The translations under genes were made by a program, and so were the position numbers. A stretch of 64,000 nucleotides of DNA from assembly GCA_022749995.1 (NCBI GenBank), contig JAKIWO010000002.1:42033-106032 (forward strand), written 5' to 3'. A model generated the notes under the pieces. That model was not told the origin of the DNA, ran no database searches, and worked only from the letters and a program-made list of their open reading frames with translations. This document shows, in pieces, positions 53,422 through 60,610 of the stretch. The number at the start of each line of letters is the position of its first letter. The stretch's first letter is position 1. Origin of the DNA: Thermoplasmata archaeon (GTDB lineage Archaea; Thermoplasmatota; Thermoplasmata; Lutacidiplasmatales; UBA184).

Positions 53422-54090
53422 TCACGCGCGGTAGGACTCGCGGGCGTAGGAAGCGCCCTTCGGGTACTTTTCCTTGAGGTGACCCGTGAGCTTCTCCGGC
53501 GCGTGCTCGAGGTGCGCCGTGTACCAAGCGACGACCACGTCGCGGAGCACGCGGTGGATCTCGCGAAGGTCCGCTTTCTCCTCGGGGTGGTCGAAGAGCA
53601 CCGCCTGGCTCATCATCCGCATCCAGCCCGTGTAGCGGTGGTACGACTCGCCCTCGCACCACTCGAAGACGCCGCGCAGGTGGGTCTTGCCCTCCGGGTT
53701 GGCGTAGTACCAGAACCGCAGGGTGAAGCCGACCCAGCCCTGGGTCCGGTCCCGCAGCTCGATCGTCTTGACGGCACCGAAGTCGAACGACTCCTTGAAC
53801 ATCCATTGCTCGGGGTACTCGACGAACGTCGCGAACAGGGTCTGCGACGGCTCCACCGTCAGGTGGACCGAGGCGTTCTCGAATTGATTGTGCACCTCCC
53901 ACAGGTCTTGGAGGAACCGCCGGTTGAGCTGGCCCCGGTGGGTCAGGTCCTCGCCGGTTTCCTTGGTCGAAGCGCGCTGCGTTTTCGCGAGCTCGTTCTT
54001 GAGCGAGGCGACGAAATCATCCTCCGGGAGTGGGGCGACCTCTTCGCTCGGCGGCGTAGGCGGCGCTGGTGCGGGAGTGCGCTTGGGCAT
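53422..54090 (-). CDS. Hypothetical 222-aa protein (Pro-rich N-terminus, W/Y/F/H-rich domain)
   Basis: The start was trimmed to ATG 54090 (MPKRTPAPAPP...), with the TATA-like ctttatagc about 35-40 nt upstream. No motif recognised. Confidence 0.5.
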   Translation of the reverse strand: MPKRTPAPAPPTPPSEEVAPLPEDDFVASLKNELAKTQRASTKETGEDLTHRGQLNRRFLQDLWEVHNQFENASVHLTVEPSQTLFATFVEYPEQWMFKESFDFGAVKTIELRDRTQGWVGFTLRFWYYANPEGKTHLRGVFEWCEGESYHRYTGWMRMMSQAVLFDHPEEKADLREIHRVLRDVVVAWYTAHLEHAPEKLTGHLKEKYPKGASYARESYRA

Positions 54091-54244
54091 GCGAGAACGG
54101 CTCCGGGTCGTCGATGAAGGTCCGCTATAAAGAGTTGCGCGGGCGGCGGGTCGTTCGGAGCCGGCTCTGCGCCCGGTGGACGATCCGGAGCGGCTAGGAG
54201 CCGCAATCCGGTGAGATTTATGGGTGCGGCAGCTTCGCGGCGAG

Positions 54245-55555
54245 ATGGAATCGTCGGAGGACTCCCCAGCGGCCCACGGGAGCGCCCCACTCGACCCCGA
54301 TCTGCCGATCGCCGAACCCAGATCGGCCATCGACGGGACCGGCGCGCCCCTCGACCCGCCGGATACCGGGCTGACCCCTGAAGCAGGACCGCGCCGCCGT
54401 CGAATCCCGCTCATCGCCGTGATCGCGCTCGTGTTGGTGCTCCTGCTGCTTCCGCTACTCCTTCTCGGGCTGCTGATCCCGTCGTTCCACCCGCTCGCTC
54501 CGCACTCTTCGTCCCAGTCTCCGCCTTCGCCCTCGTTCGCACAGTCCTACACGCAGGCCTACGCTGCGGCCAATGGCTCGGCCCAAGCGACGGTGGGCGG
54601 CTCTTGGGGTCTTGTAGACGCTGAGGGCCTCGCGACCGAAGTGAACGCTGCCTTTCCGGGACATTCCGCTGCAGGACCCTGCTCCTCGATGGCGCCCCCG
54701 CCCGTTCCGGCGGTCTCCCTTAACCAACTCAGCACCGGGGAGACTGCGTTCTGGGCCTTCGGGTTCGGGGATGCGGCCGGCGACAGCTTGGGCGTCCTCG
54801 TGGTGAACGGTACGGCGCAGGTGCTGGGGGAGTCCGCCGCCAGCTCCCATTGCAATGGGCCGACCCCGCCCGCGCGACTCCCGAACCCCGACCGGCTGAT
54901 GGACAGTTCCACCGCCGCGGCACTGATGGGGTCCTCCTGGAGCGCCACGCTCGGGAGCGCCACCACCTCCTTCGCGGCCTTCCTGCTCTCCGACGAAGGG
55001 GGCGGGGTCGGTACCCAGACGGGCACGGCCTACTGGGAGGTGCTGGCATCTCCGTGCCCGCTCGCCTCGGTCGGGACGCTGGGGATATTGCCGGGCGACC
55101 CGCACCTCCTGGCAGCGCTGAATGCCACCACGCCCCAGGTCTTGGACAATTGGGTGATCCCCGGAATAGGCACCTGCGAGAGCAACGGGACGCTCAACCA
55201 GGCGCTCGCTCTGGGCTACCCCCGGTCGACGAACAACTTCAATGGCTCGCTGAACTACACGGTGCCGATCGACGGCGTGAACGGCACCCTCGTGGTGGGC
55301 TCGTTCCATCCGGCGCTCGTCGCCATCACCAACCGAAGCATTCCGGCGGTGGCGGTGCTCGACCTCCTCGACGGCCCCGGCCACGCCATCGCCGTGTACA
55401 GCTTCGCGCTGGGGAGCTGGACGGCGGGCGGCACGACCGTGCTCACCGCAGGGGATTCGCTCGCCTTCGAGAGTCCGGCACCGCTAGATACCGCCGCGCT
55501 GGTGTTCGTCGCCAACGCGCCCGAGACCGGCGACCTCTCGATGTACCTGCCGTGA
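54245..55555 (+). CDS. Hypothetical signal-anchored extracytoplasmic protein
   Basis: It has an acidic N-terminus, the TM RRRRIPLIAVIALVLVLLLLPLLLLGLLI, an S/P linker, then a roughly 330-aa domain with N-x-S/T sequons. ATG 54245 lies about 26 nt downstream of the TATA-like gatttatgg. Confidence 0.5.
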   Translation: MESSEDSPAAHGSAPLDPDLPIAEPRSAIDGTGAPLDPPDTGLTPEAGPRRRRIPLIAVIALVLVLLLLPLLLLGLLIPSFHPLAPHSSSQSPPSPSFAQSYTQAYAAANGSAQATVGGSWGLVDAEGLATEVNAAFPGHSAAGPCSSMAPPPVPAVSLNQLSTGETAFWAFGFGDAAGDSLGVLVVNGTAQVLGESAASSHCNGPTPPARLPNPDRLMDSSTAAALMGSSWSATLGSATTSFAAFLLSDEGGGVGTQTGTAYWEVLASPCPLASVGTLGILPGDPHLLAALNATTPQVLDNWVIPGIGTCESNGTLNQALALGYPRSTNNFNGSLNYTVPIDGVNGTLVVGSFHPALVAITNRSIPAVAVLDLLDGPGHAIAVYSFALGSWTAGGTTVLTAGDSLAFESPAPLDTAALVFVANAPETGDLSMYLP

Positions 55556-55558
55556 TCC

Positions 55559-55578
55559 TGCGGCCCCCCCCCGGGCCG
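55559..55578 (+). terminator. GC hairpin immediately after the stop codon
   Basis: gcggccc-cccccc-gggccgc forms a perfect 7-bp stem starting 4 nt after the TGA. It is not followed by a T-tract, so its function is uncertain. Confidence 0.25.
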
Positions 55579-55834
55579 CCACCGTCCCCGACGCGCCCGT
55601 TAAATAGCCGTCCGCCCCTCGCAGCGTTGACTGTCTCCCGCGAGGGAAGACGGACCCGACTGCGCGCACGATCATCACGGACTTCCGACTCATGCTCGTC
55701 CCTAGCGACCCGCCCCGAGCCGCCGTCCCCGTGCTCTGCCGCGTGCCGAGGGTCTGACTTCTTTCCGGTCGACGGTTCCCGCTGAGCCAGGGGCACTGGC
55801 TCACAACCCCAACCACAAGGAGAAACCAACGACC

Positions 55835-57205
55835 ATGAGCAACGACCCAACCGCCGCAAAGTACCAGATCCGCGCCCGCATCGCCGCCGAAGGCGTCATC
55901 GACAAACCCGACGTCGTCGGCGCCGTCTTCGGGCAGACCGAGGGGCTCCTCGGAGACGAACTCGACCTCCGCGACCTGCAGAAGTCCGGCCGCGTCGGGC
56001 GCATCGAGGTGGACATCGACTCCCGCAAGGGCAAGAGCGAGGGGGAGATCCTGATCCCCTCCTCCCTCGACCAGGTCGAGACCGCCATCCTCGCCTCCGG
56101 CCTAGAGACCGTCGACCGCATCGGGCCTTGCCGGGCCCGCATCGAAGTGATCTCGGTCGAAGACATCCGCATCTCCAAGCGCCAAAAGATCGTCGAGCGC
56201 GCCAAGGAGATCCTCACCAAGATCCAAGAGGAGTCCAAAGGCGTCGGGATCGACCTCACCGAGAGCGTCCGCAAGGCGGTCCAGGTGGACGAGATCACGA
56301 CCTACGGGGCGGAGCACCTGCCCGCCGGCCCCAACATCGACCAGGCCGACGCGCTGATCGTCGTCGAGGGCCGCAGCGATGTGCTCAACCTGCTGCGCTG
56401 CGGGATCAAGAACGTCATCGCGGTGGAAGGCACGAGCGTGCCCCAGACCGTGAAGGACCTCTCCCGCGGCAAGACCGTCACCGTCTTCACCGACGGCGAC
56501 CGGGCGGGCGAGCTCATCCTGCGTGAGATGCTCCAGACGATGGACATCGACTTCGTGGCCCGCGCCCCGCGCGGCTCGGAGGTCGAGGAGCTCACCCAGA
56601 AGCAGCTCGTCAAGTGCCTGCGGAACAAGATCCCGATCAATCAGTACCTGGAGATGAGCGGGTTCGAGTCCACGGGCTCCACTCGGGCCCCCCAGGACGA
56701 CCGGGGCGAGGGTCCCGGACCGGACCGGCGCGAAGGCCCCGGACCGGACCGGCGCGAAGGCCCCGGACCGGACCGGCGCGACAACCGCAACGACAACCGG
56801 CCACCGCGACGCGAGAACGACAACCGGCCTCCCCCGCCGCCGCCTCCTCCTCGCGCCCCGGCACCGGCTCCCCCGGCCCCGGTGAGCGCGGCCCAGCTGC
56901 CCCCGCGGCTGGCCTCGTTCTTCGAGCTGCTCGGAGGGATCGAGAACACGTCGAAGTCGCTCTTCCTCGGCCCGGACGACGCGGTCGTGGCGGAAGCCCC
57001 CGTCAAGGAGATGATCGAACGGCTGCTGACCCTGGAGCCGGCGGCCAAGACCGTCATCTTTGATGGCGTGGTGAGCCAGCGGCTCCTGGATGTCGCCCAC
57101 GAGAAGGGGATCGAGACGGTGATCGCGAACCGGATGGGTGCCGTGGGGAAGATCCCCGACGAGGTAAAGGTGCTCACGCGCCTCGACCTGGGCCCGGTGC
57201 ACTAG
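55835..57205 (+). CDS. dnaG: Archaeal DnaG (Toprim-domain primase-like / exosome-associated protein)
   Basis: The N-terminus KYQIRARIAAEGVIDKPDVVGAVFGQTEGLLGDELDLRDLQKSGRVGRIEV is the archaeal DnaG signature. The Toprim region is ALIVVEGRSDV...VFTDGDRAGE. Confidence 0.88.
   Translation: MSNDPTAAKYQIRARIAAEGVIDKPDVVGAVFGQTEGLLGDELDLRDLQKSGRVGRIEVDIDSRKGKSEGEILIPSSLDQVETAILASGLETVDRIGPCRARIEVISVEDIRISKRQKIVERAKEILTKIQEESKGVGIDLTESVRKAVQVDEITTYGAEHLPAGPNIDQADALIVVEGRSDVLNLLRCGIKNVIAVEGTSVPQTVKDLSRGKTVTVFTDGDRAGELILREMLQTMDIDFVARAPRGSEVEELTQKQLVKCLRNKIPINQYLEMSGFESTGSTRAPQDDRGEGPGPDRREGPGPDRREGPGPDRRDNRNDNRPPRRENDNRPPPPPPPPRAPAPAPPAPVSAAQLPPRLASFFELLGGIENTSKSLFLGPDDAVVAEAPVKEMIERLLTLEPAAKTVIFDGVVSQRLLDVAHEKGIETVIANRMGAVGKIPDEVKVLTRLDLGPVH
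56714..56781 (+). repeat. In-frame 24-nt tandem repeat (about 2.8 copies) inside dnaG
   Basis: The unit cccggaccggaccggcgcgaaggc repeats at 56714, 56738 and 56762 (the last copy partial). It encodes (PGPDRREG)n. Confidence 0.85.
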
Positions 57206-57239
57206 CGGCTCCGGAGCGCGGCGTTCGGGGTCTCGGACG

Positions 57240-58784
57240 ATGAGCGAGGAGGCGGCGGAGAAACCGCGCCCGCCCGCCTCCGTCGCGGAGATCGAGACCA
57301 CCGAGCAGATCCCGATCCCCTCCGACCCCCTCGAGCGGGTGATCGGTCAGGAGAAGGCGGTGGAGATCGCCCGCATCGCCGCCTACCAGCACCGGCACTT
57401 GCTGTTGGTGGGCCCGCCGGGAATCGGGAAGTCGATGACGGCCCAGGCGCTCGCCCTGCACCTCGAGCGACCGACGACCGAGGTGCGCGTCGTCCACAAC
57501 CCGGAGAACCCCGAACGGCCCAGCGTCGAGCTGGTCCGCCGCGAGGAGGTGCTCGTCGAGCGGGAGGCGGCACGGACCACCGAGGGCGAGCTGATCGCCC
57601 CCACGGAGGCCCCTGCCTCGGTGACCGAACGGCTCGGCTACCGTTGCCCGCGGTGCTCCTTCTACTCCCTTCCCGTCGATCGCTACTGCCCCAGCTGCGG
57701 GAACTCCAAGCAGGTGCTTCCCGCCGGCAGCGGTTCCGGGAACCCGTTCCGCGACCTGGTCGGCGGGATCCTCGAGCTCACCGTGAGTCCCGGAGGCAAT
57801 CCGCAGGAGTCGGTGCGAACGACCCGACTCAAGAACGGCGTCGAGGAGGTCGTGGCCTACGAGCGGGCGGGCGACCGGATCCGGGTGCTGGACCAGCACG
57901 CGCTGGAGCGCCGCCGCCTCAAGCAGCGCGAAAGCCCACGCAAGGTGCTCGTCAAGCTCGACCGCAACAGCTTCGTCCTCGCCACCGGCGCGAGCGAGAC
58001 CGAACTGCTCGGCGACGTGCGGCACGACCCGTACGGGGGACATCCCCAGCTGGGAACCCAGCCGTTCGAGCGGGTCATCCCGGGAGCCATCCACGAAGCC
58101 CACGAGGGGGTGCTCTTCATCGACGAGCTCCCGCACCTCGGCCATCTACAACGGTTCATCCTGACCGCGATGCAGGAGCGGCGGTTCCCGATCTCCGGAC
58201 GGAATCCGCAATCGGGCGGGGCCTCCGTACGACTCGACAGCGTGCCCTGTGACTTCATCCTCGTCGCGGCCTGCAACATCCAGGACATCCACCAGATCCT
58301 CGCCCCGCTCCGCTCCCGGATCGAAGGAGGAGGGTACGAGGTCCTGCTCGAAACCGCCATGCCCGACACCGAGCGAAACCAACTCCGCTTCGCCCAATTC
58401 GTCGCTCAGGAGATCGCCTCGGACGGTCGGATCCGTCCGGCGACGCGGGAGGCGATCGAGGAGCTCCTCGGCGAGTCCCGCCGCCGGGCCGATCGCATCG
58501 ATGGGCGGCGCAACTCGCTCACGCTCCGCCTGCGCGAGATGGGCGGACTGCTGCGCACGGCGGGCGACATCGCGACGACGACCGGGAGCCCGCTGCTCGA
58601 GGGCTCGCACGTGCGGGAGGCTCGCGACCGGGCCCGCTCGATCGAAGAGCAGATCCGGGCGGCCTACGGTTCCCTGCAGACCGGCCTGCAGCGGGACGTC
58701 ACCGAGTCACAACGTCAGCAGATGGGCTACTATTCTTGGAACGAGCACAAGGACCCGTCGGAGTTCCCCGGCGGGTACGGCTAG
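57240..58784 (+). CDS. LonB-like AAA+ ATPase without a protease domain or TM insertion, with a zinc-ribbon insert
   Basis: Contains VIGQEKAVEIARIAAYQHRHLLLVGPPGIGKSM (Walker A), LLGDVRHDPYGG, GVLFIDELPHL (Walker B), LTAMQERRFPISG, PCDFILVAACN and LRSRI. The insert is CPRC-x13-CPSC. The ORF ends without a Ser-Lys protease domain. Confidence 0.7.
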   Translation: MSEEAAEKPRPPASVAEIETTEQIPIPSDPLERVIGQEKAVEIARIAAYQHRHLLLVGPPGIGKSMTAQALALHLERPTTEVRVVHNPENPERPSVELVRREEVLVEREAARTTEGELIAPTEAPASVTERLGYRCPRCSFYSLPVDRYCPSCGNSKQVLPAGSGSGNPFRDLVGGILELTVSPGGNPQESVRTTRLKNGVEEVVAYERAGDRIRVLDQHALERRRLKQRESPRKVLVKLDRNSFVLATGASETELLGDVRHDPYGGHPQLGTQPFERVIPGAIHEAHEGVLFIDELPHLGHLQRFILTAMQERRFPISGRNPQSGGASVRLDSVPCDFILVAACNIQDIHQILAPLRSRIEGGGYEVLLETAMPDTERNQLRFAQFVAQEIASDGRIRPATREAIEELLGESRRRADRIDGRRNSLTLRLREMGGLLRTAGDIATTTGSPLLEGSHVREARDRARSIEEQIRAAYGSLQTGLQRDVTESQRQQMGYYSWNEHKDPSEFPGGYG

Positions 58785-58803
58785 CCGGCCCTCCTCGTGC
58801 GAT

Positions 58804-58813
58804 AGAAATAAAG
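58804..58813 (+). promoter_or_regulatory. TATA-like box upstream of tRNA-Val
   Basis: AGAAATAAAG is an isolated A/T-rich decamer in GC-rich DNA. It is centred about 30 nt upstream of tRNA position 1. Confidence 0.4.
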
Positions 58814-58838
58814 GGCCGACTTCGCTCGGCCGCCCGTC

Positions 58839-58911
58839 GGGCGCGTAGTCTAGCGGTTATGACGTCACCCTGACACGGTGAAGGTCGCCAGTTCAAATCT
58901 GGCCGCGCCCA
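58839..58911 (+). tRNA. tRNA-Val (anticodon GAC)
   Basis: A manual cloverleaf fits. The acceptor pairs GGGCGCG/CGCGCCC, the anticodon stem TCACC/GGTGA with loop CTGACAC, and the T-arm GCCAG-TTCAAAT-CTGGC. The discriminator is A. No CCA is encoded and there is no intron. Confidence 0.92.
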
Positions 58912-59098
58912 CGGTCCGCACGGGCTAGTACCCATTCGACGTCCGTTGCACAGGTTGAATCTAGTTCGGTCCGCGGCCCTCCCGGGGCAGAGTACGCCCT
59001 CAACAGAGCCGGCCAAGTTCCCCTCTTCTGAGCGACGGAGATGGGGGCCATGCTAGCGTCTCCGTGCTCTTGTAGGCTGGCCGCCTAACTCCGATTCC

Positions 59099-60388
59099 GT
59101 GGCCACGTCGAGCCCCAGAGCAGAGCGAAGCGCGACCGGGTCACCCACTCGTGTCCTGCGACATGCCAACTTCCGACTCCTGTGGATTGGCTCGGTAGCG
59201 TCCTCCGCCGGCGCGTCCATCGGTTCCATCGTGATCATTTGGCTGGTCTACAACGCCACCCACTCCCCCATCGCGATCTCACTCCTCGGCGTCGCCCAGT
59301 TCCTCCCGACCTTGGTGTTTGGTCTCCTCGCCGGGGCCCTCATCGACCGATGGGACCGGCGTCGCCTCATGCTGGCCTGCGATCTGGCCCGGGCCATCGG
59401 CTTCGGTGCGCTGGCGCTCTTCGTCTGGTTCTACGGCGCGAACACCATCGTCCTGATCGGGGTGGTCTTCGTCGTCGCTGCCTTCAGCACTGCCTTCCGA
59501 CCCGCGACGAACGCAACGATTCCGCGGCTCCTGCCCAGCTCCGAGGTCACGGAGGGGAATGGTCTCCTCCAAGGAGGTAGCACGATCGCGTCCTTCCTCG
59601 GCAGTCCGATCGGAGGCCTACTCGTCGTGACCCTGGGCGCCGTGGTCGGGCTCGCCCTCAACGCCCTCACCTTTGCGATCTCGGGGGCGATGATCTTCCT
59701 GATGGCGATTCCTGCGGCCCACCGGGACTCCCCAACACCCGAGCCGGCGCGGCGGTCGCTCCTGACGGAGGTAGGGGAAGGATTTCGTTACCTTCGGTCT
59801 CAGCCGGCCCTCCTCATCATCACGCTTTCGGCGATGGGGGCCAACTTCTTCCTTTCGATTTGGGGCGGGTTCACCGTGATCTACGTCGCTTTTCAACTCC
59901 ACCAGGGGGCCGCTGGATTCGGGATCGTCGTGGCCGCGAACACGGCCGGATTCGCGATCGGAGCGATGCTGCCCGCCCGCCTCCACGCCGAGCGGGCTCC
60001 GGGCATCTGGCTCTCTGTGGCCTGGAGTCTCGTCGGCTTCTTGATTGTGGGACTCGCCTTCACCCGCTCGCTCGCTGTGGCGGTGGTGCTGACGCTCGTG
60101 GCGGGAGCCCTGCTTTCCCTCGGGAACACGACCTGGCTCTCGGGCGTCCAGCGATCCGTCCCGGACGAGTTTCTGGGTCGATATTTCGCAACCGATGAAG
60201 CGGGTAGCTTCGCGATGATCCCGCTCGGCGTGGTCGTTGGTGGGGTGCTCGTCGTCCTGATAGGGATCTCCTGGAGCTTTGTCTTTGCTGGCGTGGGGGC
60301 AATCTTCCTCGGCCTGCCCCTGCTCTTCTCCAACGACGTCCGCCGTTGGGGTCGACCGGGCCGGCTTCAAGTTACAGAAAACGCGTAG
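59099..60388 (+). CDS. MFS transporter
   Basis: 429 aa with 12 TM helices. Contains FRLLWIGSVASSAGASIG and GALIDRWDRRRLM (an MFS loop 2-3 motif). Confidence 0.75.
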   Translation: MATSSPRAERSATGSPTRVLRHANFRLLWIGSVASSAGASIGSIVIIWLVYNATHSPIAISLLGVAQFLPTLVFGLLAGALIDRWDRRRLMLACDLARAIGFGALALFVWFYGANTIVLIGVVFVVAAFSTAFRPATNATIPRLLPSSEVTEGNGLLQGGSTIASFLGSPIGGLLVVTLGAVVGLALNALTFAISGAMIFLMAIPAAHRDSPTPEPARRSLLTEVGEGFRYLRSQPALLIITLSAMGANFFLSIWGGFTVIYVAFQLHQGAAGFGIVVAANTAGFAIGAMLPARLHAERAPGIWLSVAWSLVGFLIVGLAFTRSLAVAVVLTLVAGALLSLGNTTWLSGVQRSVPDEFLGRYFATDEAGSFAMIPLGVVVGGVLVVLIGISWSFVFAGVGAIFLGLPLLFSNDVRRWGRPGRLQVTENA

Positions 60389-60610
60389 TGGTGCTACCCC
60401 CCGCGTCCCGTCGGAGGTGTGCGAGCTCGATTGAAACTGCATCGCATCTGGTGGTCGCCCGCCCAGGCCGTCGCCGTCCAGCGAGACTAGACCGGCTGAA
60501 CGCCCAGGAGCGACGCCTCCGGGCGCTCCTGGTAAGCCAGGGCCGCGGGGAGCTCGAACGTGGTACGGGACCCTAACGACTCTGTATAGTAGGAGGAACT
60601 TCCGACGCTG

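Noticed and set aside
55671-55677. A box C-like GTGATGA on the minus strand in the dnaG upstream gap, considered as a possible C/D box sRNA.
   Set aside because: No matching box D (CTGA) or C'/D' arrangement lies at the proper distance on that strand, and there is no terminal stem.
58912-60610. An att site or integrase remnant next to tRNA-Val.
   Set aside because: There is no integrase-like ORF. The only similarity to the tRNA 3' end (gcatctggtggtcgcccgcc near 60442-60461) is short and imperfect.
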